Part shown: positions 16,984-28,102 of the stretch, piece after piece
Layout of the letters: every line of letters begins with the position of its first letter
Position numbering within the stretch: the first letter of the stretch is position 1
IMG/VR virus record: IMGVR_UViG_3300039109_000042
Span: 1,497 to 65,496 of that record
Source: a virus
Lineage: Duplodnaviria; Caudoviricetes
Direction: 5' to 3' (one strand)
Length of the DNA: 64,000 bases
Translations under genes and position numbers: made by a program
The notes under the pieces: model-generated
Told to the model about the DNA's origin: nothing
The model's database searches: none
Seen by the model: the letters and a program-made list of their open reading frames with translations, nothing else

Positions 16984-17558
16984 TGCCTCGTACCTGGCTC
17001 AGCCTCTTCAAGACACAGCTGGCAGATCCTGACATGCAGGACTTCATGAGCAGCATCGAGCAGACCATGGACGGCTGGATCGTGGAGATCTTGAACCTGG
17101 TGATGCTTGATGCAGTAACCTACCTGAAGAGCTACACCAGCAAACGTAACCCGCCGAGATATAGGCGTAAGTTCATGCTCAAGGACTCGGTCAGGGTCAA
17201 GGTTACCAAAAAGAACGTAGGCTCCATCTCGCCTGATAGGCCTGCTCACCCTGGTGGTTGGTCAGATGTGGAAGGGGACATGCGCGACGCGTACTACGGC
17301 AGGGTGGAGAAGGGTGAGAATGGCGGTTGGCGTCTGGTGATCGGTAACAGAGATCATGCGGCAGCCTTCGTTGAGGCGATGCAAGGGTTGTTCGTGGTCA
17401 CTGGTGTCTTTGATAAGGGTGGTCCTGTGACAAGGGCCTTGGTGAAGTACCTCAGGATGTATGCCCCAGGGACCAAGATCGCGCAAGGGTTCCAAGGTGT
17501 TGAGACCAATGCTAAGGGCACAGGTATCGTTGACTCTGTCACGGCGGGTGCACTATGA
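16983..17558 (+). CDS. neck / tail completion protein
   Basis: Synteny; G.MRDAY...IGN..HAAAFVE resembles HK97 gp10-like proteins. Confidence 0.55.
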   Translation: MPRTWLSLFKTQLADPDMQDFMSSIEQTMDGWIVEILNLVMLDAVTYLKSYTSKRNPPRYRRKFMLKDSVRVKVTKKNVGSISPDRPAHPGGWSDVEGDMRDAYYGRVEKGENGGWRLVIGNRDHAAAFVEAMQGLFVVTGVFDKGGPVTRALVKYLRMYAPGTKIAQGFQGVETNAKGTGIVDSVTAGAL

Positions 17559-18025
17559 AGTTACGGTACACAGAGTTTTGGCAAGCTGTCAAGGCTCAGC
17601 TTAACACTGCCTTGATGCAGTCGATCTTAGGCGGTCCAGCCAGGGTCTATCTAGAATCTGATGACTACTCACAGCCAGAAGGTGTTGAGGGTGGTGAGTG
17701 GGGTCGACTTGTGATCGTGCCTACAGCAACCCTGTGGGCAGACGCTGACAGTTCAATGGGACCGACACGGAACCTGGCTTTCATGGTAAGGGTAGAGCTG
17801 TCAAATTTTACTCAGGTAGGGTACGATCATACGATCCCGCTTGATGCGGCCCAGGACGAGGCGGAGAACCAATTGGTCGGTTGGGTCCCTGTCGGTTTCA
17901 CAAGGATCAATGTTGTGCTGCCTATCTACCTGCAGGCGAACAGGCAACCACTTCCACTGTGGGACGAGGATCGAGGCCTATACTTCACGAGTGCCCAGTT
18001 TAGGACTGAGGTGACCAAGGTCTAG
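17555..18025 (+). CDS. tail terminator
   Basis: Synteny; 156 aa. Confidence 0.55.
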   Translation: MKLRYTEFWQAVKAQLNTALMQSILGGPARVYLESDDYSQPEGVEGGEWGRLVIVPTATLWADADSSMGPTRNLAFMVRVELSNFTQVGYDHTIPLDAAQDEAENQLVGWVPVGFTRINVVLPIYLQANRQPLPLWDEDRGLYFTSAQFRTEVTKV

Positions 18026-18102
18026 TAGGTGTACAACGAGTCGATATACAAGCTAGCTTTCAGTGGTCAACAAACCTCCACCAGCTCCAGGAGATCATCA
18101 CC

Positions 18103-18384
18103 ATGGCAACAAAAGAGGTGACACTTCTCAGGTCGTTCGGTTTCATTGACGCCGATGAGAAGCAGCACTACTTCACCCGTGATAATCAGGATACCATCCT
18201 GGAGATTGTTGGTGAAGCGAACCTGCAGGCTTACGTCGACAACGGGATCATCGAGGTCTACGATGGTCACGAGGTCATGGCCAAGACTCCGGTTCGAGCA
18301 GTCCCCAAGGGACCCGGTCTGAACCCTTCGGTAACCACGACCTCGGCAGCTCATGCCAAGTCGACTTCCAAGAAGGAGAACTAA
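18103..18384 (+). CDS. hypothetical protein
   Basis: AGGAG SD; promoter TGTACA-N18-TAGCTT at 18030-18059. Confidence 0.65.
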   Translation: MATKEVTLLRSFGFIDADEKQHYFTRDNQDTILEIVGEANLQAYVDNGIIEVYDGHEVMAKTPVRAVPKGPGLNPSVTTTSAAHAKSTSKKEN

Positions 18385-18387
18385 CCG

Positions 18388-19038
18388 ATGACCGGTCTAA
18401 CTCCCTTCTCGCTGGCGGCGGCCATCGCGTCAATCGGTGTTGCCGAGGTGTATATCGGCGATCCCATTACGGCGATCAACGGCATGCTCAGCCTGGGTGG
18501 TGTCGAGGGCACCATCGAGGTTTCGCCAGGCTACAACTCCAACCCTCTCACGGCCCCGGAGCTTACGGGTGACGTGGCTCACCAGATGGTCACCACGCTG
18601 GGTAACGTGACCGTTAAGATCCCGCTGATCATCCAGGACATGACGGTCATCCCGAAGATCTCACCAACCGGTACAACGGGTGGTGGCTTCTCGATCCCGC
18701 AGAAGGCGCAGGAAACTGCCGTCCTCATTGTTCCGCGGAACCTGGTCGGTGGCAACCTCAGCAACGCGACCGGTCTTACCACCGGTTGGGTAAGAACAGC
18801 AGGTAACGGGGTCGGCGCAGCTTCAGGTGCTCCGGCAGCCCCGATCAACGCCATCTGGTTCTGGCGTGCAACACCGACGTACGCCTCACTCCCGTTCCAG
18901 TACTCGAACGGAGGCAAGATCATCATCGAGGTGACGTTCACCGCCATGTTTGATGGCACCAAGCCGGAAGGTCACAAGGTCTTCACTATCGGAGACCCAA
19001 CGGCGATCCCCACAACCCCAATCGCGGTCAAGATCTAG
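18388..19038 (+). CDS. major tail (tube) protein
   Basis: 216 aa, beta-rich, ends EVTFTAMFD...FTIGDP; precedes chaperone and tape measure. Confidence 0.8.
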   Translation: MTGLTPFSLAAAIASIGVAEVYIGDPITAINGMLSLGGVEGTIEVSPGYNSNPLTAPELTGDVAHQMVTTLGNVTVKIPLIIQDMTVIPKISPTGTTGGGFSIPQKAQETAVLIVPRNLVGGNLSNATGLTTGWVRTAGNGVGAASGAPAAPINAIWFWRATPTYASLPFQYSNGGKIIIEVTFTAMFDGTKPEGHKVFTIGDPTAIPTTPIAVKI

Positions 19039-19050
19039 GCGGAGGCCACG

Positions 19051-19545
19051 ATGGGCATTGCACCAGCATCCCAGGAACTGATTCAGGCAACGCAGGATAC
19101 CCTGCGCGGGATGGCGGTCAATGTGCACCAGGAAGTTGGTAACGTCGGGCTTGCCAGTGATATGGCAGGCTCGGCGTACCTGGCGTACGGTCGTCATCGC
19201 TATGAGGTTCCACCCGTACAGTACAAGTATGCTGTTGAGCTGGAGGAGATCAGGCTCAAGCTTGATGAGGTTGCCGTTGGCGACTCAAGCCTTGAGCAGA
19301 ATAGACAGATGGGTGAGCTGTATGACCGGGCAGTTAAACTGTTCCCGAAGCTCTTACGGCCCACGTTTGGCGTTCAGCGACTGCTGTGGAGATGGGTATC
19401 AAACCCCTTCCTAACCGCATCCCCAGTAGACATCGCCACCCTGATCTATTTTTTCTGTTCGTGCCGGATGAGGTCGGAACTCCGGCTCGAAGCGAGCTCA
19501 GCGATGAGAAGAAGCCGACCATCCACGATGCAGTTGATGCCCTAG
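19051..19545 (+). CDS. tail assembly chaperone (G)
   Basis: Synteny; in-frame slippery T-TTT-TTC at 19449-19455. Confidence 0.75.
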   Translation: MGIAPASQELIQATQDTLRGMAVNVHQEVGNVGLASDMAGSAYLAYGRHRYEVPPVQYKYAVELEEIRLKLDEVAVGDSSLEQNRQMGELYDRAVKLFPKLLRPTFGVQRLLWRWVSNPFLTASPVDIATLIYFFCSCRMRSELRLEASSAMRRSRPSTMQLMP

Positions 19546-19754
19546 CTCAGTTCGTCCTGGCCTACCCGGCTTGGACGGCAAGCACAGGGTATCCACTGAG
19601 CTGGCGTCACTTCATCGTGGGCATAAGACGCCTGACAAAGGCACGTGCACAACACTCCCTCGATATGTATCGAGCGTCTGCTATAGCTCAAGCAAAGGTC
19701 GAAGACCGTAAGCCTTGGGTAGATGAACAAGAAGCCTTAGCCGGGTACAAGTGA
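19449..19754 (+). CDS. -1 frameshift extension of tail chaperone (GT)
   Basis: The -1 frame is open from the heptamer to 19754 (LFVPDEV...PLSWRHF...). Confidence 0.7.
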   Translation, partial: FFLFVPDEVGTPARSELSDEKKPTIHDAVDALAQFVLAYPAWTASTGYPLSWRHFIVGIRRLTKARAQHSLDMYRASAIAQAKVEDRKPWVDEQEALAGYK

Positions 19755-19757
19755 CCT

Positions 19758-20135
19758 ATGTCATGGCCAAAAACAAAAATCCTTAACTGTCGAGAATGCG
19801 GCAAGTCACCGACCAAAGTTTTTGGTCTATGTCAACAGTGCTATTCTAAGACTCCCGAGTGTAAATACCAGGTTCTAACATCAGCCCTGAAGCAACACGG
19901 AATTGATGTTGAAACGTATCAGGCGATGTTGCTTGACCAAAACGGCGGTTGTGCTATTTGTGGCAATGGTCCTGGTAGTGGGAGGAAAAAGCGCCTGTGC
20001 GTGGATCATAACCACACAACAAATAAGCTCCGAGGTCTTCTTTGCGACAGATGCAATAAGGCTCTTGGTTTATTTGGCGACGATCAGAACCTTATGCGTC
20101 TTGCTATTGCCTATCTAGTTTTGAAGGGAGGTTAA
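19758..20135 (+). CDS. endonuclease VII-like HNH protein
   Basis: QNGGCAIC...LCVDHNH...RGLLCDRCNKALG; more AT-rich than flanks. Confidence 0.85.
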   Translation: MSWPKTKILNCRECGKSPTKVFGLCQQCYSKTPECKYQVLTSALKQHGIDVETYQAMLLDQNGGCAICGNGPGSGRKKRLCVDHNHTTNKLRGLLCDRCNKALGLFGDDQNLMRLAIAYLVLKGG

Positions 20136-20136
20136 G

Positions 20137-23100
20137 GTGGCCGAGCCTGACGGTGCAGGAGGGATCAAGCAGGCCATCCGTGTCTTCCTTGACAAGGCCA
20201 GCCTCGCTACCGTAGCGGCCGAGGCCAAGGCGTCTGCCCAGAACATCGCCCAGCAGATCGCGGATGCCTTCAAGCTGGTCAAGATCCCGGACATTCAGCC
20301 ACTGGATCCGAGCAAGACCAAGGCCGTCCTCAAGGAGTACAAGAAGGACGTAGCCGGGGCAACAGCCGAGCTTAAGCGCTTGCAGATGGTCCAGCAGATG
20401 AACAACACGACCCTCACCGCCTCTGGTCGTGTGCTCGCTGCCCTTGGTGTTAACGTCTACAAGACAAGCTACGCATACCAGACGCTTGTTACCAATATCA
20501 AGAACCTTGGCTCTGGGATAGCTCCTGCCACCGCCAGCCTCAGGAACATGTTCTCACAGATGTCTGGTTCCTGGCTGGGCATCCTCAAGAGCTTCGCTGG
20601 ACAGCTAGGCATCGCGTTCAGCGCCTACAGGTTGATCGCCTTCGCTAAGTCCGCTGTTGAGACTGCCGGAGAAAGCCAAGCCGCCTGGGCTAGACTTTCC
20701 AGCACCTTAGCTGATTTTGGTATTCCTCTTAGCTCGGTTCAGGGCGATGTAGAAAAGATGGTGGCCAGTCAGGCTAAGCTTGGTGTAAAGAGTCAAGAAA
20801 GTGTTGAGGTGCTGTCTACCCTGGTCCAGCTGACAGGTGACTATAAGAAATCGTTAGCTGCAACATCTGTTGTCATAGATCTTACGATCGCCAGGCATAT
20901 GGGCATGGAGCAGGCAGCTAAGGCTGTAGGCCGTGCCATTGAAGGTGATACGTTGCTGCTCAGCAGGCAAGGTATCTACCTTGACAAGAACAGGGACGCG
21001 ATCGAGCAGCTCTCTGAGCGTATGCGTGGTGAGCTTCAGGCGCGTGCAGGGACATTAGCTGGAAAGGTGCAGATCGTCTCAAGCGCCTACAATGACATGA
21101 AGATTGCTATTGGTAACGCGCTGCAGGCAGGTAGTGGAAACATGGCCACAAAGCTGGTGGACATTCTGCAGTCGATTACTGTCTGGGTAAAAGCGAATCA
21201 AGATGCCTTTGACGCCTGGATGGGTGTCTTCAAGATCGTTGGTGCTGCTGTCTTCTACATCCTGCGCGGGTTCGTGACATCCTTTAAGTTGGTTGAGGCG
21301 GCCATCGGGCTTACTGCCGCAGGTTTTGTGCTGATGAAGGACGCAGCAGTCATAGCTGGGTCAGGCATTGCCATTGCCTTGATGACTGCAGCAAATTTAA
21401 CGGTGAAGGCTTGGGACTTCGTCTTTAAGACCCACCACGATGGTCTTGAGAAGATGATCAAGGAGGCAAAGGGTGCTGCTACTGAGGCTAATACCCACAT
21501 CAAGAGCCTTAACAAAAAGACTGGTCAGGCCTTGACTGATCTGTTTGTGCCAGAGGATAAGCCAGCAGGGGCACAGGCACCAGACTTTGCGATAGGTACT
21601 GCCGGTAAGATCAATGCTAGGGTACAACAGAGGTGGCATACTGATGTTAGCCAGCTTGGTAACATCGCCTTGCATGGGCGTGAGGACGCTGCCACAGCTG
21701 CTGTTGCTGAGCTGAACAAGAAGCTGCAGGAGCAGGAGCAGATCGTCACTGATCTATCAGCAAATGACGAGCTTCGTGGCAGAAGCCTTGGAGCCATCAA
21801 GGATGCTGAGTCGAACATCGCCACCATCAAGAGGATCCAACTAGAGTACGAGAAGAAGATGAACGATAACGCTGCACAGCGTCGAAAAGATGCAGCGACC
21901 ATGCAAGAGATCGAGAGACTTGGTAGGGTATCAAGGCAGGCTGAGAGTCCGGCAGACCAGGCGGCAGCGATGCAGGGACTGGTCAGGATCCAGAAGAACC
22001 TGACAGCTGAGCAAGCCAAGACAGTAAAGTATTCTGAGCGGTACTTTGTCTTGCAGAACATGATTGACCAGGTTGAACACCAGCGAGATGAGCGTTCAGC
22101 CTTGCAGGACAAAGAGTTCAAGGATAGGATCGATAGGCTTCATGACCAGATCCTGTTGCATGTCGATGAGGCCAAGGCGGCAGACGATCTAGCTGGCATC
22201 ATGAAGGAGCTTAACCTGCAGATGGCTGCTGCGGTTACTGTTGAGGACAGGCTCAAGGTTGCCCAGCGACAGCGGATGGTTGAGCAGGCAATGCACACCA
22301 CAGCTGAGGGTCGTCAGGCCAAGACCACCCAGTTCGAGGTAGATCTTGGCGACCCTGCTAAGCGAGGTGCAGCTGAGAAGGGATTACTGGCTATTGACAA
22401 GCAGATCACCTCTGAGATCTTCAGGGCTAAGACCCTGAACATGGACATCAATGACTTGCTTGTCGAGCAGAAGAACATCAGGGATGCTTTGTCCGCTATC
22501 CAGCATACCTCTGTTGCTGATATCCGTAAGGAGATTGGTGATGCTCGGGTCTTGGCCAAGAGCTGGGGCACCAGGAAGTCTGCCGCTGAGATGTATCAGA
22601 AGGTGATTGACGACATCAACAGTCAGCTGGACGGTCACATCGCCTTGACTGATGAGGAGCGTAAGCATCTGCAGGTTCTTCTTGACACAGCTACACAGGG
22701 CCTAAATCACCTGAAGGTCATCACCGGAAGCATGGTAGATGAGTTTAAGCAGCTTTGGGAGGAGGTAGGTCAGTCGTTCATTGACAACGTCTCGACAAAG
22801 ATCTCTGACAGCTGGACCAGGGCAGCTGAGCTGATGCTAGGAGATCTGCATGACATCAAGAAGGCTGCTACTACAGCGTTCCAGGGCATGGGCAAGGCGT
22901 TTGCCTCAGAGATCAAGGCCATCGCCACCTTGGAGGCCAAGAAGCACATCGCTGAGGCGGTGTCGGAAGGTGCCGAGGCGATCAAGGCCTTAGCTAACCA
23001 TAACTGGCATGCTGCCGCGATGCATGCTAAGGGTGTAGGTCACCAGCTGCTTGCTGCGGCTAAGTGGTCGGCCTTGGCAGGAGCAGCAGGCAACATCGGT

Positions 23101-23301
23101 GGTCAAGGCGTCTCTGGAGCTTCTGGCAGTGGTGGTAATAGTGGTACCACCGCGGATGAGGCCAACAAGCAGGGACCTATCATCTACCTAAAGATTGACG
23201 GGATGGACCCGAATAACCCGAAGCATCAGGAACTTGCTGGTGCTACGATCGAGAAGTGGCAAGAAACAGCGCACGGTGCGCAGATCGCCTTCAAGGGGTA
23301 G
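20137..23301 (+). CDS. tape measure protein
   Basis: 1054 aa Ala-rich helical protein after the chaperones. Confidence 0.9.
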   Translation: MAEPDGAGGIKQAIRVFLDKASLATVAAEAKASAQNIAQQIADAFKLVKIPDIQPLDPSKTKAVLKEYKKDVAGATAELKRLQMVQQMNNTTLTASGRVLAALGVNVYKTSYAYQTLVTNIKNLGSGIAPATASLRNMFSQMSGSWLGILKSFAGQLGIAFSAYRLIAFAKSAVETAGESQAAWARLSSTLADFGIPLSSVQGDVEKMVASQAKLGVKSQESVEVLSTLVQLTGDYKKSLAATSVVIDLTIARHMGMEQAAKAVGRAIEGDTLLLSRQGIYLDKNRDAIEQLSERMRGELQARAGTLAGKVQIVSSAYNDMKIAIGNALQAGSGNMATKLVDILQSITVWVKANQDAFDAWMGVFKIVGAAVFYILRGFVTSFKLVEAAIGLTAAGFVLMKDAAVIAGSGIAIALMTAANLTVKAWDFVFKTHHDGLEKMIKEAKGAATEANTHIKSLNKKTGQALTDLFVPEDKPAGAQAPDFAIGTAGKINARVQQRWHTDVSQLGNIALHGREDAATAAVAELNKKLQEQEQIVTDLSANDELRGRSLGAIKDAESNIATIKRIQLEYEKKMNDNAAQRRKDAATMQEIERLGRVSRQAESPADQAAAMQGLVRIQKNLTAEQAKTVKYSERYFVLQNMIDQVEHQRDERSALQDKEFKDRIDRLHDQILLHVDEAKAADDLAGIMKELNLQMAAAVTVEDRLKVAQRQRMVEQAMHTTAEGRQAKTTQFEVDLGDPAKRGAAEKGLLAIDKQITSEIFRAKTLNMDINDLLVEQKNIRDALSAIQHTSVADIRKEIGDARVLAKSWGTRKSAAEMYQKVIDDINSQLDGHIALTDEERKHLQVLLDTATQGLNHLKVITGSMVDEFKQLWEEVGQSFIDNVSTKISDSWTRAAELMLGDLHDIKKAATTAFQGMGKAFASEIKAIATLEAKKHIAEAVSEGAEAIKALANHNWHAAAMHAKGVGHQLLAAAKWSALAGAAGNIGGQGVSGASGSGGNSGTTADEANKQGPIIYLKIDGMDPNNPKHQELAGATIEKWQETAHGAQIAFKG

Positions 23302-23304
23302 ACC

Positions 23305-23733
23305 ATGGCCGTAACAGCCTTAGTACCGCGCATCGTCTGGGGGACTGGCCCAACGACCTTTGACTTTACGCTGCCGATGAAGATGTGGAACCCAAAGGAT
23401 GTGACGATTGGCGGGTTCGGCAAGGCGAGTACTGGCGTACCTGAAGCCGTGCTGATCCGGCGTGAGCACCTGCTGATGACCACCCTTAGGTTCTATGAGG
23501 CGCAGCTGGGCAATGTGCAGGACTGGATTGAGTACGTCACTGACAACGCGGCCAGCTTCACGTTCAGGTTGAACAAGACCGACGCAGCAACCGACTATGT
23601 GGTCTACCTGGAAAAACCACACATGACCGATGACGTTGACATTCAGCGTGATCAAACGTACCTTGGTGCTTATACCCTTGACATTACCATCCGGACTATT
23701 GCTGGAGCACGCTTCACCACAACGATCCTCTGA
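23305..23733 (+). CDS. distal tail protein
   Basis: 142 aa directly after tape measure. Confidence 0.6.
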   Translation: MAVTALVPRIVWGTGPTTFDFTLPMKMWNPKDVTIGGFGKASTGVPEAVLIRREHLLMTTLRFYEAQLGNVQDWIEYVTDNAASFTFRLNKTDAATDYVVYLEKPHMTDDVDIQRDQTYLGAYTLDITIRTIAGARFTTTIL

Positions 23734-26700
23734 TGTCACTGTTTAGCAGGGTCACGATCTATCTTGATGACGATATAACCGTGATGGTGCAGGTCTCAAC
23801 AGACCCTGCCCACGCAAAGCCGTATCTTTTGGCTGACAGCCTTGTCTACGGTGAGAGCAAGATTGACTTTCCAAACGGTTCAGCAGGCATAGGTCAGTTC
23901 AGCTTCAAGCTCCTGGACAAACGCACAATTACAAACGATCAGACGACAGGGTTCTTCACGGCCTTGCTTGCCGACGTAGGTGGACGCGGCAATATCATGG
24001 GTCACCGCGTTGTTTGGGAGAGGCAGCAGATCGGCGGAGGTGGTGCCTACACCACACAGTTCGATGGCATCGCTGATGACTGCAGGCTTGACGAGACCTT
24101 GGTGCAGTATCAGATCCCTTGCCGTGATGTCAGAGAGCGTGAGCGGGTTAACCGCATCTTCACCAAGCACAACCGAGGCACGTCACTCCTGCCCAACGGC
24201 CCGGTAGCTGGCTGGGGGCGTCAGGCAGGCCTACCTGGGCGTGCAGGTTCTGCTGGTAAGCTCATCCCGCCAGTTACACCGCTGACTGGTGTCTTCTGGA
24301 GAGACCCGAATGTCCCGACCTTAGCAGGTAGGATCAAGACCACCGCGAATCAGTTCGACCTGATGATCGGTGGTAGCAGGTACCAAGCACTACAGAACTA
24401 TGGGGCCTTGACCCAGGGCAGTGGCATCACTGGTGGTGATACCTCGGTTGCCTTCAGGAACGTGGTTGTCTGGTGGAGAGCCTACCCTGGTGGTGGTGCC
24501 TGGACTGAGCTGGTCAACATGCCTGCTGTGCCTGGCACCGCCTACGCCATGCAGAACGTCTTTCCACAGGGTGTTGGTACCTTTGACTCAGCAGAGAGCG
24601 CCAGCTTTGTTTCCAAGAGCCTGCATGACAAGGTCAACCTGTATGTGAACCTGACTGGGCCTAATATCCCGGCACATACACAACAGGTTGAGTTCATGGT
24701 GCTGGCAAACGGTCAACCTACGAATGAGGCGCCGATCTATTGGGAAGGTAACCTTGGCCAGCTGACCAAGGACATCTATGATGGTGTCTGGTCAAATTAT
24801 CCGCCTGGCATACGTTATGATGCCGCGGCCATGGCAGACTTTATCGCCAAGTCCTTTCAAGGTTCTGCCCTGATCAAGGCGCCAGAGGACAACGGTCTAC
24901 AATGGGTCCAGGAGAACACCTACAAGGTGCAAGGTTGGGCGCCCTCTGTGCCTCCCGAGACAGGGCTAGTGACACCGATTCAGTACAACCTGCCTAACGA
25001 TACTACGCCTTTGCTATCGCTGACAGACTCGATAGTCAAGGAGGACGCCAAGTGGGAGCTGAACAAGGACGAGCTGATCAATGAGATAAACTTCAACTAT
25101 GAGGCGATCTTCGTCGTTGATAGCAAGTATCCAACCTCATTCAGCGGGCTTGACGCACTAAACAACTCCAATAAAGTAGAGCCACCAGCGCAGCGCCTTG
25201 GAACCGTACCAATCACCTATGTCGAGGTGGCTGTAAACAGCCAAGCTCTGCTTGGTGCCAAGGTCCTGAAATATGACCCAGTCACCATTAAGCTGTTCGG
25301 GATCCTGACGCCAGATGGTCTTGATACCAGGATGTGGCCTGATATCGGGTCTAAGCTCGCTAAGGACCGCACAAAGGAGGTCTTGGACCGCTTCACGTTC
25401 GCAGGCCAGCGACTTATCGTGAGCGCCAGGCGGACTGGAGCGGGGGTGGCTGCCGCCAGGATGGGTGACTGGGCCATCTGCGGAGTCAGTTGGCTTCCTG
25501 ACTACATAAGCCAGAAGCGTGGTCTCAACCGCCTGATGCAGGTAGTCTCTGTCAATGATGATGACAGCGTCTTCCGGAAGCTTACCTTATCTGACGCTGG
25601 TCCGAATGCCACACCATCAGGCCTTCCTGTCCTGGGAGCCATCACACAGGTAGATGGTGTAGTTGACATCGCCTTCACCTCAATCCCGGCTGGAGTCTTT
25701 GCTCAGGTCGACTTTGCGATAGATACCTTGGAGCCTGCTGCAGACTCTGGTGACTGGATCAGCGCTGGTCGCACAGCCTTAGCCACTGACCATATCACGA
25801 TAGGGCCCTTCCCGCCTGGCACGTCCATCTGGATCCGGGCGGTAGGCCAAGAGCCAGGAAAGCGTCGGTCAGCGTTTGCGACCTCGGTCAACATTGCTAT
25901 CACGGTTGTGCCTTTGATCTTGGCGCAGCAGATCACGTTTGATGCTGATGGGCACCCACGCGTTAGCTGGCAGGCTTCCGCCTTGACCTTGGGCGTGCGT
26001 GTCAGCTATGTGGTCTACGACGCAGCGACTGATGCACCTGCCTTCACGAACACCATTGATGCTGATGCTAGCCTGCTGTCAGTACAGCTTCCGGTCATCA
26101 CGACCTATGGGCAAGCTGTGGCTGTTATGCTCACGCCGTACCCTGGGTTTGCGGCTGGTGTTGTTTCTGGCGTAGCAGGTACAGCCTCAGGCATAAGCTT
26201 GGCCAGGAATGTAGCGCTTAAGCCAGTAGACATGATCGTCGAGCCACTGACATCAGAGACGACAAGCACTGGTACCTTGACCTTGACGATCACTGATCCT
26301 CATGGCCGGCTTACCTTGGTTGAGTTCAAGACACAACCAGGTAATGGCGCGATAACCGGTTGGATAACTGATGCTGTTGTTCCTTACGCTACCTCAGTCG
26401 CCTTGGTGGAAAAGCAGGTAAGTCGGATCTGGTATCGTGTCTCAGGCACAGATGATAACGGGATAGTACGTGTGCTTGCTGAGGATGTGGTGACGTATGT
26501 AGCTGGATCTACGCCGCTTGCACCGATCATCCAGGCCTTGAGCTTCTCAGCAGCTGGTGCCTTGACCGTGTTCTTGACTGGTGATAGTGACACTGCCTCA
26601 ATTGCAGCTGCGGCTGTCGTTGGATCTGACCCTACTGCGACGCAGATCAGGGCAGGTAGCTCGATCAACGCTAGGGTAGGATCGATCGTCTTCGCTGGGC

Positions 26701-27671
26701 CATACAACGAGGGTGATGAGGTACATGTCGGTGTCTTTGCTTACAATGGCGCAAGCAAGACAGGCCTTGAGTCACTTGCTGTCTTTGGGACGATCAGGCG
26801 TGTCACGACGGGCCCCACTGGTCCAACCGGGGTTGGCACAACCGGTCCGACGGGAGCCACTGGCGTTGGGACCACCGGCCCTACCGGTCCAACCGGGGTT
26901 GGCACGACGGGAGCGACCGGGGTGACGGGTCTCGGAATCACATGGCGCGGGACGTGGAGCGGTGCGACGGCCTATGCAGTAAACGACGCCGTCCACGATG
27001 GAGGCTCGGCCTACATCTGCATTCTTGCCAACACGGGCCAGGTGACTTCCAACGCAACCTATTGGAGTCTCACCGCGGAGAAAGGAACTACCGGCCCCAC
27101 TGGAGTCGGCACAACCGGAGTGACGGGACCGACTGGCGTTGGAACCACGGGAGCAACAGGCCCCACGGGCGTCGGAACTACTGGAGCTACAGGACCGACA
27201 GGAGCCAAGGGCGCGAGGTGGCTCGGAGCGTGGTCGAGCAGTACGGCGTATGTCGTTGATGACTTGGTGTCATCCGGGGGCGTTACCTACATCTGCATCC
27301 TTGGACACACGAACCAAGTGCCGCCGAATGCGACCTATTGGGGTGTCGTCGCAGACAAGGGTGCTGACGGGGGGCTCGGGCCTACCGGAGTTACGGGACC
27401 GACTGGCGTAGGAGCCACAGGCCCGACCGGCGTAGTAGGTACTACAGGAGTGACCGGCGTGACGGGAGCGACTGGCGTTGCTACAGGCGGGTTAACCAAT
27501 CAAGGAGCATGGTCCTCCACATTCGGCACCTACGCCGTTGGTGCGACTGTTACCTATTTGAGCTGCACTTTCGTTTGTTACAAATCACATATCTCCAGTT
27601 CCAGCACCACCCCGACCTGGGATGCGACCGATGGACATTGGGGGAAGCTCGGAAATTGTACGGCGTTCTAA
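23733..27671 (+). CDS. tail tip / central fibre with FN3-like domains, G-x-T collagen-like tracts and three CBM5/12-like modules
   Basis: 1312 aa; GPTG/GATG repeats; W....Y...D.V...G..Y.C...W modules. Confidence 0.8.
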   Translation: MSLFSRVTIYLDDDITVMVQVSTDPAHAKPYLLADSLVYGESKIDFPNGSAGIGQFSFKLLDKRTITNDQTTGFFTALLADVGGRGNIMGHRVVWERQQIGGGGAYTTQFDGIADDCRLDETLVQYQIPCRDVRERERVNRIFTKHNRGTSLLPNGPVAGWGRQAGLPGRAGSAGKLIPPVTPLTGVFWRDPNVPTLAGRIKTTANQFDLMIGGSRYQALQNYGALTQGSGITGGDTSVAFRNVVVWWRAYPGGGAWTELVNMPAVPGTAYAMQNVFPQGVGTFDSAESASFVSKSLHDKVNLYVNLTGPNIPAHTQQVEFMVLANGQPTNEAPIYWEGNLGQLTKDIYDGVWSNYPPGIRYDAAAMADFIAKSFQGSALIKAPEDNGLQWVQENTYKVQGWAPSVPPETGLVTPIQYNLPNDTTPLLSLTDSIVKEDAKWELNKDELINEINFNYEAIFVVDSKYPTSFSGLDALNNSNKVEPPAQRLGTVPITYVEVAVNSQALLGAKVLKYDPVTIKLFGILTPDGLDTRMWPDIGSKLAKDRTKEVLDRFTFAGQRLIVSARRTGAGVAAARMGDWAICGVSWLPDYISQKRGLNRLMQVVSVNDDDSVFRKLTLSDAGPNATPSGLPVLGAITQVDGVVDIAFTSIPAGVFAQVDFAIDTLEPAADSGDWISAGRTALATDHITIGPFPPGTSIWIRAVGQEPGKRRSAFATSVNIAITVVPLILAQQITFDADGHPRVSWQASALTLGVRVSYVVYDAATDAPAFTNTIDADASLLSVQLPVITTYGQAVAVMLTPYPGFAAGVVSGVAGTASGISLARNVALKPVDMIVEPLTSETTSTGTLTLTITDPHGRLTLVEFKTQPGNGAITGWITDAVVPYATSVALVEKQVSRIWYRVSGTDDNGIVRVLAEDVVTYVAGSTPLAPIIQALSFSAAGALTVFLTGDSDTASIAAAAVVGSDPTATQIRAGSSINARVGSIVFAGPYNEGDEVHVGVFAYNGASKTGLESLAVFGTIRRVTTGPTGPTGVGTTGPTGATGVGTTGPTGPTGVGTTGATGVTGLGITWRGTWSGATAYAVNDAVHDGGSAYICILANTGQVTSNATYWSLTAEKGTTGPTGVGTTGVTGPTGVGTTGATGPTGVGTTGATGPTGAKGARWLGAWSSSTAYVVDDLVSSGGVTYICILGHTNQVPPNATYWGVVADKGADGGLGPTGVTGPTGVGATGPTGVVGTTGVTGVTGATGVATGGLTNQGAWSSTFGTYAVGATVTYLSCTFVCYKSHISSSSTTPTWDATDGHWGKLGNCTAF

Positions 27672-27693
27672 AACTCTTTAAGGAGAAGTCACA

Positions 27694-27861
27694 ATGATTA
27701 CCGAAAAAGGCACATGGTCGGCTGACGTGAATTACGTCGTTGGCGACTCAGTCCAGTATCAAGGCAGCACCTTCCACGCGAAGCAGGCCAATCAAAACGC
27801 GGCGCCGACGTGGGAAGGCGGCGATGTATGGAAGCGGGTGACTGACGGCCCAGCGTTCTAA
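27694..27861 (+). CDS. stand-alone CBM5/12-like module (55 aa)
   Basis: Hand-translated MITEKGTWSADVNYVVGDSVQYQGSTFHAKQANQNAAPTWEGGDVWKRVTDGPAF; AAGGAG SD. Confidence 0.7.
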   Translation: MITEKGTWSADVNYVVGDSVQYQGSTFHAKQANQNAAPTWEGGDVWKRVTDGPAF

Positions 27862-27880
27862 CCCTCACGGAGAAACGAAC

Positions 27881-28102
27881 ATGAAGGGGAAATGGGAATA
27901 CGCGATTGTTGTGGCGACTGTTGTTCTGATCGCTGCTGCTCTGATGAATTGGAGAATCGCGTTGGTCGCGGCGGGCGCCTGCGTCATCATCGCAGCCGGA
28001 GTGCTGGCGTTTGGCAATCCATCGCGCGGTAGTGGCAGCGTGAGCGGCGGCGGCGGATCGAGCGGATCAACGGGCACTGGCACGGGCGGCAAGCAACTCT
28101 GA
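27881..28102 (+). CDS. small membrane protein with Gly/Ser/Thr tail
   Basis: Two hydrophobic stretches; GGAGA SD. Confidence 0.6.
   Translation: MKGKWEYAIVVATVVLIAAALMNWRIALVAAGACVIIAAGVLAFGNPSRGSGSVSGGGGSSGSTGTGTGGKQL

Noticed and set aside
26800-27861. Diversity-generating retroelement targeting the tail fibre
   Set aside because: No reverse transcriptase in the window, and the similar modules do not differ only at adenines.
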